From Massilia sp. UBA2709 (GTDB lineage Bacteria > Pseudomonadota > Gammaproteobacteria > Burkholderiales > Burkholderiaceae_D), in the NCBI GenBank assembly GCA_002354135.1, contig DEKZ01000120.1, forward strand, positions 2,804 to 42,606: a DNA stretch of 39,803 nucleotides. Reading direction: 5' to 3'. Below, in pieces: positions 8,478 through 17,756 of this stretch. The notes under the pieces are model-generated. The model saw nothing but the letters and a program-made list of their open reading frames with translations, was not told the DNA's origin and did no database searches. Each line of letters opens with the position of its first letter. Position 1 is the stretch's first letter. A program made the translations under genes and the position numbers.

Positions 8478-9737
8478 TTAGTGGAAGTGCTCGGTGCCCG
8501 CCGGGGTGTCTTCGGGCATCTCGGCATGCACCAGTTCGCCCGTCGGATCGGCAAACAGCGGCGCGCCGCAGTCGTCGCAATACTCGACCACGTAGCGCTC
8601 GTTGATGCGCTTGACGTGGGTGACGCCGGCCTCGTTCAGGTAGGCGATGATTTCGTTCACCGGCGTGAGCGGCGCCGGCAGCGCGCCGCCGAAGCCCGCG
8701 CCTTCCATCGGCGTGCCTTCCTCGTCTTCCTGGCCGTACAGCGGCCAGACGATGCCGTACACCACTTCCGAACTTTGGCGCATGGTGAAGCCGACGCGGT
8801 ACTCGTCGATCTGGCCATCGGCCGCTTCCTCGCCGAAGCCGGCGATCACGGCGCGCAGGTCGGATGGTTCGACGTCGAGCGTGTTGGTGAGGTAATGGAC
8901 GGCGGCGCGGATCGATACCGGGCGGATCAGCTTGTCGGCTTCGCGGCAGGCCACGTAATACGCTTCCGGCAGCAGCAGTTCGACGCCGCATCCCGGCAGC
9001 AGGCGCGCGACGTTGGCCGTGGCCTGGTCGCGCCAGGCCAGCAGCGAATTGTTGCGCTCGGTTTCGAAGACGAGCTGGTGCTGCGGCTCCTGCCAGCGGA
9101 ACAGCGGGGCGCCCACCGGGGCGACGATGGCCACCAGCAGGTAGCGCGTGTCGGCCAGGAAGGGCGCGGTTTCGGGCGCGCGCACGGCCGGCTTGATGCC
9201 CGTGCCCTTGTGGGCGGCCTGGGCCAGCTTGTGGGTCAGCGCATAGGTTTCGGCATGGCTGCGCGGCAGCTGGTCGATCGCGTACAGGGTGGGGGCCATC
9301 GCCATCTGCGTGCCTTCGGCCAGCAGGTGGGCCGAGAAGTGGGCCGACAGCGTGGTCAACAGTTCCGGCGGAATGGTGCCGGAACCGATGGAAAAGCGGG
9401 TCCAGGCCAGGATGGGCGCGGCCACCAGCAGGGCTTGCCAGGCAACATCCTTGCCGTCCTGCTGCTCCACCATCGTCGACGATTCGCTGACCGCCTCGAC
9501 GCTGTCCATCAGCACATCGTAGGCCGCCAGGTCGTCCTTGAACAAGGCGTTGAGCGCGGCGTCGATGCTGTCCTGGTGGTTGGTCTTGAGCAGTTTTTGC
9601 AGCTGCGTATCCAGTTGCCGTTCCCAGGTCCGTTCTTCGACGCGGCTGGCGGACTGCACGATGGCTTGGGCAATGCTGGAGAGACGCTGGCTTTCTGCGG
9701 AGAGTTTTTGGGATGAATCTTTGGAGGGACGACGCAT
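8478..9737 (-). CDS. DUF2863-like conserved betaproteobacterial protein
   Basis: Likely start MRRPSK at 9737. SRVEERTWE, LADTRYLL, VVYGIVWPLYG and C-terminal CDDCGAPLF match the family as I recall it; not searched. Confidence 0.75.
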   Translation of the reverse strand: MRRPSKDSSQKLSAESQRLSSIAQAIVQSASRVEERTWERQLDTQLQKLLKTNHQDSIDAALNALFKDDLAAYDVLMDSVEAVSESSTMVEQQDGKDVAWQALLVAAPILAWTRFSIGSGTIPPELLTTLSAHFSAHLLAEGTQMAMAPTLYAIDQLPRSHAETYALTHKLAQAAHKGTGIKPAVRAPETAPFLADTRYLLVAIVAPVGAPLFRWQEPQHQLVFETERNNSLLAWRDQATANVARLLPGCGVELLLPEAYYVACREADKLIRPVSIRAAVHYLTNTLDVEPSDLRAVIAGFGEEAADGQIDEYRVGFTMRQSSEVVYGIVWPLYGQEDEEGTPMEGAGFGGALPAPLTPVNEIIAYLNEAGVTHVKRINERYVVEYCDDCGAPLFADPTGELVHAEMPEDTPAGTEHFH

Positions 9738-9956
9738 GGCGCTGAAAGAGTCTCTTTGTAAATAGGTGAGGATCGAAGTCCAAGGGGTCATGATAAACCC
9801 ATATCCCCGGTATTGTAGTTGATTCGGCCACATGCCATGAACACAACGGCAGTCCCCGGCGGAAACAGGCGCCAACCCCCTTGTGGCGATTTGTCGTGCA
9901 AAGCGGACGCGGGCGTCCAGGACCAGGGCCTTGTCGCCATGATTCCTGAACAATAC

Positions 9957-10001
9957 TTGCCAAACTGGGCAGTAGAAATCATAATGCGAATCGTTCTCAT
10001 T
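9957..10001 (+). promoter_or_regulatory. Sigma70 promoter overlapped by a Fur box
   Basis: TTGCCA (9957-9962)-N17-CATAAT (9980-9985). CATAATGCGAATCGTTCTC (9980-9998) matches GATAATGATAATCATTATC at 14/19. AATGCGAATCGTTCTCATT is near-palindromic. Confidence 0.85.
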
Positions 10002-10065
10002 AATTTTCCTGTTTCTCTTCCTGTATCGCGTCCCCGGCGCGATGGACCGACGGCATACCAAGAAT

Positions 10066-12384
10066 ATGAATAGCAAAGCAGCTCCAGCAGTGCAGCACGC
10101 CACCTCTTTCATTCGTAGCCGCAAGCACGCGGTCCCTGGCCTGAGCGGCTCCGCGCTGGCCGTGCTGGCCACGCTGGCGGCGCCGGCGGTCCAGGCCGAG
10201 GGCGGCTACAAGGACGTCGACCCGGCCGTCCCGGTGGTGGAAATCAGCGGCGCCGCGCGCCGCGACGTCCAGACCCCGGTCATGTCGAGCTCGGACAAGT
10301 TCACCGCACCGCTGCTGGACACGCCGAAGTCGGTCACCGTCATCGGCCAGGAAGTGATCTCGCAGACCGCCGCCGTGTCGCTGGCGGACGCGCTGCGCAC
10401 CGTGCCGGGCATCACCATCGGCGCAGGCGAGGGCGGCAATCCGGTCGGCGACAACCTCTTTATTCGCGGCTACAACGCCCAGACCGACACCTATGTCGAC
10501 GGCATCCGCGATTCCGGTTCGCAGTCGCGCGAAGTCTTCAACCTCGAGCAGGTCGAAGTCGTGAAGGGCCCGAACTCGGCCTATGGCGGCCGTTCCTCGG
10601 CCGGCGGCGGCGTCAACCTGGTCAGCAAGAGCGCCCAGGCCGACAACTTCTCGAACGCCAGCGTCGGCGTCGGCAGCCACGACTACCGCCGCGTCACCGG
10701 CGATATCAACCGCACGCTGGGCAACAACGCCGCCTTCCGCCTGAACGTCATGGCGCACGAAAACAACGTGGCCGGCCGCGACGTCGTCGGCGGCGACCGC
10801 TGGGGCATCGCGCCGACGGTGACCTTCGGCCTGACCGGGCCCACCAAGGCGATCCTGAGCTATTACCACCTGACCACGAGCGAGATCCCGGACACCGGCA
10901 TCCCGTTCGACAATCCGTTCTCGAGCGGCCCCAACGTCGCCCGCAACGGCAACGGCACCCCGGTCGACGTCGACCGCTCGACCTTCTACGGCCTGGCCAA
11001 CCGCGACTTCCGCGATACCAAATCCGACATCGGCACCGTCGACCTGCGCCACGACTTCGGCGGCGGCCTGGTGCTGCGCAACGTGACCCGCTACGGCAAG
11101 TCGAAGAACGACTACGTCTGGACCCAGCCCGACGATTCCAAGGGCAACGTGATCCTGTATGGCACCGTCTGGCGCCGCGCCAACACCCGCTTCACCGACA
11201 CCGAGACCGCCGCCAACGCGACCAGCCTGTCGGGCAAGCTGGTCACCGCCGGCATCAAGCACAGCTACAACGTCGGCGTCGAGTTCAGCAAGGAGAGCAC
11301 CGAGCGTGGCACCTATGTCTTCACGCCGGGCACCAACAACCTGCTGACCAACAACACGGTCTGCGCGACCTCGGGCGCGGCCACCGGCTACAACTGCGCG
11401 CCGCTGAACAACCCGAACCCCTACGACCCGTGGGTCTACACCCGCAGCGTGGGCCCGGCCATGAACGAGATCGAGACCACCACCCGCGCCGTCTACGCCT
11501 TCGACACCATCGAATTCAATCCGCAGTGGATGCTGAACCTGGGCGCGCGCTGGGACGACTTCTCGAGCAAACTGAACGTGAGCAACGCGCCGGCCTCCAA
11601 TGCCCGCGTCAGCAGCACCTTCGACACCTACCAGGCCGGCCTGGTGTTCAAGCCGGCCGCCAACGGCAGCATCTACGTCTCCTACGCCACCTCGGCCACC
11701 CCGCCGGGCAACGATGGCGGCGACGGCTTCGATGGCCTGACCGTGGCAATCCAGAATTTGCAGCCGCAGAAGAGCAAGAACCTGGAACTCGGCACCAAGT
11801 GGGAGGTGCTGAACAACCGCCTGTCGCTGAACGCGGCCGTGTTCCAGAGCAAGATGGACAATGCCCGCGTCACCTCGCCGGACGGCACCAGCCAGAACGT
11901 CGGCAAGAAGGAGCTGAAGGGCGTCGAGCTGGGCTTCTCGGGCAAGCTGACCAATGCATGGCAGGTCTTCGGCGGCTATACCTGGCTGGACGCGATCGTC
12001 AAGGACAATGGTTACCTCAACGTGGCCCCGAGCGGCAGCCCGGCGGTGTACCAGCCGTCGCCGTATAACGGCAACGTGTTCCCGACCACGCCGGAGCACA
12101 GCGCCTCGCTGTGGAGCTCGTATGCCTTCAGCAAGGACTTCAGCGCCGGCATCGGCATGAACTACGTCGGCAAGGTCTACGCCAACGTCAACAATACCAA
12201 GTATGCGCCGGGCTACACCCGCTTCGATGCGATGGCCAGCTACACGCTCAACAAGAACGTGTCCTTCCAGCTGAACATCCAGAACCTGGGCGACAAGGTC
12301 TACTTCGACCGCCTCTCCTCGCCGCACTATGCGGGCGTCGGCGCGGGGCGTTCGGCCAGCCTGACCGCCAACCTGAAGTTCTGA
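10066..12384 (+). CDS. TonB-dependent siderophore receptor, Fiu/PiuA (catecholate) type
   Basis: Plug motifs PLLDTPKSVTVI, LRTVPGIT.GAGEGG and EVVKGPNS; C-terminal NLKF; Fur box upstream and piuC downstream. Start could be 10042. Confidence 0.9.
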   Translation: MNSKAAPAVQHATSFIRSRKHAVPGLSGSALAVLATLAAPAVQAEGGYKDVDPAVPVVEISGAARRDVQTPVMSSSDKFTAPLLDTPKSVTVIGQEVISQTAAVSLADALRTVPGITIGAGEGGNPVGDNLFIRGYNAQTDTYVDGIRDSGSQSREVFNLEQVEVVKGPNSAYGGRSSAGGGVNLVSKSAQADNFSNASVGVGSHDYRRVTGDINRTLGNNAAFRLNVMAHENNVAGRDVVGGDRWGIAPTVTFGLTGPTKAILSYYHLTTSEIPDTGIPFDNPFSSGPNVARNGNGTPVDVDRSTFYGLANRDFRDTKSDIGTVDLRHDFGGGLVLRNVTRYGKSKNDYVWTQPDDSKGNVILYGTVWRRANTRFTDTETAANATSLSGKLVTAGIKHSYNVGVEFSKESTERGTYVFTPGTNNLLTNNTVCATSGAATGYNCAPLNNPNPYDPWVYTRSVGPAMNEIETTTRAVYAFDTIEFNPQWMLNLGARWDDFSSKLNVSNAPASNARVSSTFDTYQAGLVFKPAANGSIYVSYATSATPPGNDGGDGFDGLTVAIQNLQPQKSKNLELGTKWEVLNNRLSLNAAVFQSKMDNARVTSPDGTSQNVGKKELKGVELGFSGKLTNAWQVFGGYTWLDAIVKDNGYLNVAPSGSPAVYQPSPYNGNVFPTTPEHSASLWSSYAFSKDFSAGIGMNYVGKVYANVNNTKYAPGYTRFDAMASYTLNKNVSFQLNIQNLGDKVYFDRLSSPHYAGVGAGRSASLTANLKF

Positions 12385-12428
12385 TGGCCGCGCCTGGACC
12401 AGGCGTACGACAATGAACAAGCAGTTTT

Positions 12429-12472
12429 GCAAGGCCCTCCCTGCTTGAAGCGGGGAGGGCCTTGCTGTTTTT
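12429..12472 (+). terminator. Strong intercistronic stem-loop/terminator between the receptor and piuC
   Basis: GCAAGGCCCTCCCTGC-TTGAA-GCGGGGAGGGCCTTGC followed by TGTTTTT. Confidence 0.7.
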
Positions 12473-12488
12473 GGAAAGGAAGCAAGAC

Positions 12489-13169
12489 ATGATGGTGCAC
12501 ATTCCCGGCGTCCTGAGCCCGGAACAAGTGGCGCAGATGCGCGAGCGCCTCGCGGCGACGGACTGGATCGACGGCCGCGCCAGCGTCGGACCGCAGGGCG
12601 CGCAAGTGAAGCGCAACCGCCAGCTGGCCGAAGGCTCGCCGCTGGCGCTCGAACTGGGCGGCATCGTCAGCGCGGCGCTGATGGCCAATCCGCTGTTCTT
12701 CTCGTCGGTGCTGCCGCTGCGCATCCTGCCGCCTTACTTCAACAGCTATGGCGGCGGCGAGCACTACGGCCTGCACGTGGACGGCGCGATCCGCGCCCAG
12801 CGTCCCGGCATGGCGCCCGTGCGGGCGGACGTGTCGACCACGGTGTTCCTGAGCGGCCCGGAGGAGTACGAGGGCGGCGAGCTGGTGGTGGTCGATGCCT
12901 ACGGCACCCATGAAGTGAAGCTGCCGGCGGGCGACGCCATCGTCTACCCCTCGGGCAGCGTGCACCAGGTGCTGCCGGTCACGCGCGGCGAGCGCATCGC
13001 TTCTTTCCTCTGGACCCAGAGCATGGTGCGCGACGACGGCCGGCGCGCCATGCTGTTCGAGCTCGACACGAACATCCAGAAGCTGCGCGGGACCTATGGG
13101 GAATCGGATGCCACGGTCGGGCTGACCGGGCATTATCACAACCTGCTGCGGATGTGGGCGGAGGTGTGA
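12489..13169 (+). CDS. piuC: PKHD-type Fe(II)/2-oxoglutarate hydroxylase (PiuC/YbiX)
   Basis: 226 aa from ATG 12489 after an [48 protein letters not shown]. Confidence 0.9.
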   Translation: MMVHIPGVLSPEQVAQMRERLAATDWIDGRASVGPQGAQVKRNRQLAEGSPLALELGGIVSAALMANPLFFSSVLPLRILPPYFNSYGGGEHYGLHVDGAIRAQRPGMAPVRADVSTTVFLSGPEEYEGGELVVVDAYGTHEVKLPAGDAIVYPSGSVHQVLPVTRGERIASFLWTQSMVRDDGRRAMLFELDTNIQKLRGTYGESDATVGLTGHYHNLLRMWAEV

Positions 13170-13203
13170 AGGCGGCCGTGCGTATATGCCACGGCCGCTT
13201 GAA

Positions 13204-13247
13204 CGCGTGGACGGCAGAGCCGCCTTGCGCGGCCCGGTCCACCCTAC
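13204..13247 (-). repeat. GTAG-type REP (long variant GTAGGGTGGACCGGGCCGCG...GTCCACGC)
   Basis: Reverse complement shares its first 20 nt with the copy at 31832-31873; lies between convergent genes. Confidence 0.75.
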
Positions 13248-13270
13248 GGGTCTAACTCATCCCATATCTA

Positions 13271-15703
13271 TCAGAACGAATAATCCACCCGCGCGTACAT
13301 CGAGCGGCCATTGATGCCGAACGGGCAGGTCTCCCAGCAGTGGGTGAAGCCGATCGACGTGAAGTTGGCGGCACGCTCCGGGTCCCAGCGCGTCGGGTAG
13401 GTGTCGAACAGGTTGTTCACGCCCGCCGACACGCTCAGCGCCTTGCTGAAGGAATAGCGCGCCGTCAGGTCGACGATCCACTTCGCTTCCCAGGTCTGGA
13501 CGAAACCCGGCGTGAAGCCCTGGCCCTGCACTTCGCCGAAGTAATTGGCGCGGCCGGTCACGTTCCAGGGACCGACCGTGTAGTCGGCCGCCACGACGTG
13601 GTGCTGGCGCGGCTGGCCGCGTTCGATCAGGGTCACCTGGGCGTCGTCGAAGAGCTGGGTGCCGGTCAGGACCGGCGACTGCGAATGGCGCCCCTTCACC
13701 TTGGTCTTGTTGAAGCCGAGCTGGCCGGACAGCACCAGGGTCGAGCCCTGGCCGCGCGTGGTGTGCTGGGCGACCAGGTCGAAGCCGTCGGTGCTGGTGT
13801 CGATCGCGTTGGTGAAGAACTGCGCCTGGCCCACGCGCAGCGGGGCCAGGATGGCGCCGATTGGGCAGGCCACCGGGTCCGCGCAGTTTTCCGCTTCCGG
13901 CTGGATGAGGCTCGAGAAGACGATGCGGTCGTCGATGTTGGTACGGTAGAGGTCGGCAGTTATCGAGAAGTTCTTTGCTGGGCGCAGGACCAGACCGATG
14001 CTGGCGTTCTTCGAGGTTTCTTCCTTCAGCGGCGCAATGCCGAAAGCCTGGGTCACGGCGCTGCCTTCGCGCGCGGTGAGGGTTTCGGTCAGCGTGCCGT
14101 CTTCGTTCAGGTTGGTCGAGACCGAGCTGTAGAACTTCTGCTGCACGCCCGGCGCGCGAAAGCCCGTCGACACGCTGCCGCGCACGCCGATCATCGGCGA
14201 CGGATCCCAGCGTGCGCTCAGCTTGCCCGTGGTGGTCGAGCCGAAGTCGGAGTAGCGCTCGTAGCGCACCGCCGCGCCGACCGACACCTGCTCGCCGAAC
14301 TTGCGCTCCAGGTCCAGGTAGAGCGCGACGTTGTGGCGCGCGTCGTCGACCGCGTTCGAAGGCGTGTAGCCCGGGAAGCCCTGGATGCCCGAGGCGGCCA
14401 GGCCGCCGAAGCGGTTGCGGATCTCCTTGGTCAGGTCGTTGGTACGGCCGTACTGGTAGGACACCGGGTCGCCCGCCTCGATCTCGTAGCCGTCGCGGCG
14501 CCATTCGAAGCCGGCGGCCACGTAGAGCGGCGCGCCCGCCACCTGGACCGGGCCCTTGAAGTCGAGGTTGAAGGTGGTCTGGTTGAACTTCAGGGCGCCG
14601 GTGTCCGCTTCCGTGGGCGACTGGCGCAGGTTGTCCTCGTAGTAGTAGCTGACGTTGATCGAGTTGCGCTCGTGGAAGGCAAGCTCGCTGCGGCCGTGGT
14701 TCACGCTGGCGTCCATGCTCCACTCGCGGCCCAGCTCGTGCCGGTATCCGACGGCGAGCGAGGCATCCTTCACCGTCGTGATGATGTTCGGCAGGAAGCC
14801 GTTCGGGTAGATCTCGGGCACGGTGCGTCCATCGTCGGCCGGGCGGAAGAAGCCGCCCGAATCGCCTTTCCTGCGCGAGGCGCCGCCGAAGACGTAGAAC
14901 TCGCCGCCGGTCGTCGGCACCGGCAGGGCCGAGTTCAGCCACAGGTAGGCGTCCTTGGCGTTGCTGTCGCCGATGCGCTGGGTCACGCGCGGCGGATCGA
15001 CACGTGCCGTGTCCAGGCCCGCGCGATTGGTCTCGTTGCGCTTGCGGCCTTCCAGCGACAGGTTCAGGTAGCCGCCGTCGGCGCCCAGCGCGAAGCCCTT
15101 GTGCACGCTGGCGGAATAGTTGTCTCCGTCGCCTTCGCTGGTGGTGCCGGCGTTGGCGCTGAGCTGGCCGAGATCCGCGCCTTTCTTCAGGATGATGTTG
15201 ATGACGCCGGCGATCGCGTCCGACCCGTACTGGGCGGCGGCGCCGTCGCGCAGCACCTCGATGCTCTGGATCGCGGACAGGGGAATGGCGTTGATGTCGG
15301 TGCCGGCCGAGCCGCGGCCGATGGTCTGCTGGACGTTCACGAGCGCCTGCTGGTGGCGGCGCTTGCCGTTGATCAGGACCAGCAACTGGTCCGGACCGAG
15401 GCCGCGCAGGGTGGCGGGCCGGATGATGTCGGTGCCGTCGCTGATGAAGGTAGTGCTGAAGTTGAACGAGGGGTCCAGGTCCTGCAGCACCTTGCCCAGT
15501 TCCTGCATCCCGGTCGACTGCATGTCCTTCAGGTTCACCAGGCCCACCGGCACGGCGGTGTCGAGCGCGGTCTTGGCCTGGGTGCGCGAACCGAGCACGA
15601 TCACCTGGGCCGGTTCGGTCTCCTGGGTTTGTGCCTGGGCGGGCGCGAACGCCGCCATGATCGAGGAAGCCAGCAGCGCGCGTCGTAAGCTATGTTTCTT
15701 CAT
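13271..15703 (-). CDS. TonB-dependent receptor, substrate unknown
   Basis: Signal peptide; plug motifs LRGLGPDQLLVLINGKRRH and IEVLRDGAAAQYGSDAIAGVINII; C-terminal YARVDYSF. Confidence 0.92.
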   Translation of the reverse strand: MKKHSLRRALLASSIMAAFAPAQAQTQETEPAQVIVLGSRTQAKTALDTAVPVGLVNLKDMQSTGMQELGKVLQDLDPSFNFSTTFISDGTDIIRPATLRGLGPDQLLVLINGKRRHQQALVNVQQTIGRGSAGTDINAIPLSAIQSIEVLRDGAAAQYGSDAIAGVINIILKKGADLGQLSANAGTTSEGDGDNYSASVHKGFALGADGGYLNLSLEGRKRNETNRAGLDTARVDPPRVTQRIGDSNAKDAYLWLNSALPVPTTGGEFYVFGGASRRKGDSGGFFRPADDGRTVPEIYPNGFLPNIITTVKDASLAVGYRHELGREWSMDASVNHGRSELAFHERNSINVSYYYEDNLRQSPTEADTGALKFNQTTFNLDFKGPVQVAGAPLYVAAGFEWRRDGYEIEAGDPVSYQYGRTNDLTKEIRNRFGGLAASGIQGFPGYTPSNAVDDARHNVALYLDLERKFGEQVSVGAAVRYERYSDFGSTTTGKLSARWDPSPMIGVRGSVSTGFRAPGVQQKFYSSVSTNLNEDGTLTETLTAREGSAVTQAFGIAPLKEETSKNASIGLVLRPAKNFSITADLYRTNIDDRIVFSSLIQPEAENCADPVACPIGAILAPLRVGQAQFFTNAIDTSTDGFDLVAQHTTRGQGSTLVLSGQLGFNKTKVKGRHSQSPVLTGTQLFDDAQVTLIERGQPRQHHVVAADYTVGPWNVTGRANYFGEVQGQGFTPGFVQTWEAKWIVDLTARYSFSKALSVSAGVNNLFDTYPTRWDPERAANFTSIGFTHCWETCPFGINGRSMYARVDYSF

Positions 15704-15770
15704 TCTTCTCGTCCCCTGTATTTGTTACGCAGTCAATTTTCTCGATGTGTCATTTGTAACGACGACTCAT

Positions 15771-15809
15771 CATAACTGGATGTTATGCATTGGCAAGCGT
15801 TAGTTATGC
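15771..15809. promoter_or_regulatory. LysR-type operator candidate (T-N11-A dyad plus half-site)
   Basis: Perfect dyad CATAAC-TGGAT-GTTATG (15771-15787); GTTATGC recurs 21 bp away (15803-15809). Confidence 0.5.
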
Positions 15810-16073
15810 TGCATGGAAAGGCGTGGACAGGGTGATACACCAGGCAATTGTTGGCTTGACAAACGCAAGCGTGCGAGAAGGAGCGTTTACGGACGGGAAG
15901 GGGACGATACCTGGACGGGCGAACTTGGGAGGGGTGCGACGCGCCCACGTCCGCTCGGCGACGCTGGGCTACCGTATCGCGCAGCCGGTTGGGGAAACAC
16001 TAGCAATTCTGGTAGTGCAAACCTAGGCGCTTCGATGACAAAATTAATATTTTATTAATAAGAAGCCTCCACG

Positions 16074-17156
16074 ATGCGTTTATCCCTCCTTGCCCTTTCC
16101 CTTCTTGTTGCAGCGGGCTTGTCGGCCTGCAAGCCGCGCCAGCCCGACAACCAGGATGCCGCCAAGCAGACATCCGAGAGCACGTCCGGACCGGCTGCCG
16201 CTCCGGTTGCAACGGCTCCCACCGCTCCTGCTCCTTCCGCTCCCGCCGTCACCCACGCGGAGCCTGAAACGGCTGGCAAGCCCTTCGACTTGCAATCGGT
16301 TCCCGTGACCAGCAAGGCGCTCCCGGCCTTCCCCTATCTGGCGACGCCTGCGGAAGCTGAGAAGGTGTACACCGAAAAGGATATCGAGTTCGACCGCGTG
16401 TATGTCGTGGCCGGCGAAGCATTGCACCGCGTGGAGGGCAAGGTCTTGCACCGTTCCTTTTCCTTGGATTCATTGAAATGGTCGCCGCTGGCAGCGCACC
16501 GGAACTATGAAACGGCGCTGAAATCCCTGGGGGCGACGCGGGTCGATGCCGTTCACCCACGCAATGACCAGTTCGTGGAACGTAACGGCGGCGACAGGTA
16601 CGGCATCTTCAAGAAGATGGGCGTCCCAATCCTGAGCCCCATGGAAGACCCGGAAGTGCCCGGGTTCGAGCAATGGCTGCTCCGCACGGCCGATACGAAC
16701 GTCTGGCTGTCGTTTTTCATCAGCGACGGCTACGTCCACCTGCTCACCGTCGAGGAAAAAGCGTTGAAACAACTCGTCCAGGCCCTCCCTGCCGTCGAGC
16801 TGTCGAGCGCCCTGAAGAAGAACGGCCACGTCGCGCTTTACCTGAACTTCGACACCGACAGCCACATGCTTCGCGAGGACAGCTTGCCGGCGGTCGACGA
16901 AGTGGTGAAATTGATGCGCGGTGAGCCAGCCCTGAAGCTGCGCGTTGAAGGGCATACCGACGCCACCGGCGACGCTGCGCACAACCGCACGCTCTCGCTG
17001 GCCCGCGCCAAGTCGGTGGTGCAGGCGATCACGGCGCAGCAGATCGCCGCCGAGCGCCTGAGCGCGGCAGGCTGGGGGCCGGACCGGCCGCTGGCCGATA
17101 ACATGAGCGAAGAAGGCAAGGCGAAGAACCGCCGCGTCGAACTCGTGCGGGTCTGA
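16074..17156 (+). CDS. OmpA-family (peptidoglycan-binding) lipoprotein
   Basis: Lipobox LSAC; Pro/Ala linker; C-terminal OmpA-C motifs LNFD, VEGHTD, N..LS..RA, NRRVE. Confidence 0.88.
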   Translation: MRLSLLALSLLVAAGLSACKPRQPDNQDAAKQTSESTSGPAAAPVATAPTAPAPSAPAVTHAEPETAGKPFDLQSVPVTSKALPAFPYLATPAEAEKVYTEKDIEFDRVYVVAGEALHRVEGKVLHRSFSLDSLKWSPLAAHRNYETALKSLGATRVDAVHPRNDQFVERNGGDRYGIFKKMGVPILSPMEDPEVPGFEQWLLRTADTNVWLSFFISDGYVHLLTVEEKALKQLVQALPAVELSSALKKNGHVALYLNFDTDSHMLREDSLPAVDEVVKLMRGEPALKLRVEGHTDATGDAAHNRTLSLARAKSVVQAITAQQIAAERLSAAGWGPDRPLADNMSEEGKAKNRRVELVRV

Positions 17157-17183
17157 CTCGCGCCATATTTTCCAGGACCTGAC

Positions 17184-17756
17184 ATGGCAAATCGCACTTA
17201 TCTTTTCGCATGCAACCAGAAGCCGACCGGCAAGCCATCGCCCGGCCGCACCATCGTAGGCCTGTCGGAGTGGAATTACGACATTCCGCTGGCCTATCGC
17301 ATCCTCGTATCCGGTAATCCGGAAGCCTGTTTCTCGTCGATCTGGACCGAGCCGGCGGACCCTTCCGTCGTGCCCCAGCACATGGCCGTGGTGGGTGAGT
17401 CCGAGGCCGGTCTGGAGCGCCTGAAGGGGGTGTTCAAGCGCATCACGCTGCCGCAGGCGCAGCGCGTGATCAACGAGTCGCTCGCATTTCTCGACCGGAC
17501 CGATCGCAAGCTGGGCTTCTACTTTCTCGAGCCCGCCGAGCTGTTTGCCATGGACGACGATGAAGAGATTCCGGAGCTGAACCGGAAGCTGTGTGCTTCG
17601 CTGGCCTCGCTTGACCGGGAAATCGACCATGTCGTCGCCGCAATCAATGCCGGCAGCGAAGAGGGACTCAAGGTATTTCGCGATTTCGGCTTCGGCAACT
17701 GGTCGACGGTGCTCTATTACGACATCGACGAGCCGCGCCCGGGGAAGGGAGCGTAA
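17184..17756 (+). CDS. Hypothetical acidic cytoplasmic protein (190 aa)
   Basis: AGGA RBS; starts 27 bp after the OmpA gene; globular composition, MANRTYL...GLSEWNYDIPL. Confidence 0.72.
   Translation: MANRTYLFACNQKPTGKPSPGRTIVGLSEWNYDIPLAYRILVSGNPEACFSSIWTEPADPSVVPQHMAVVGESEAGLERLKGVFKRITLPQAQRVINESLAFLDRTDRKLGFYFLEPAELFAMDDDEEIPELNRKLCASLASLDREIDHVVAAINAGSEEGLKVFRDFGFGNWSTVLYYDIDEPRPGKGA

Noticed and set aside
7849..9963. 704-aa ORF suggesting a long GNAT fusion
   Set aside because: The upstream part is an off-frame read of the DUF2863-like gene and crosses a terminator-like hairpin; only the last 173 aa look like GNAT.
10000..15688. Long ORFs antisense to both TonB receptors (10000-12432, 13340-15688)
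   Set aside because: Stop-poor mirror frames typical of high-GC coding DNA; no motifs.
15704..16073. Possible cobalamin riboswitch, Pho box or CRP site upstream of the second TonB receptor
   Set aside because: No B12-box or GCCACTG core seen; the GTCAT/GTAAC half-sites lack the 11-bp period; the CRP-like match is weak.
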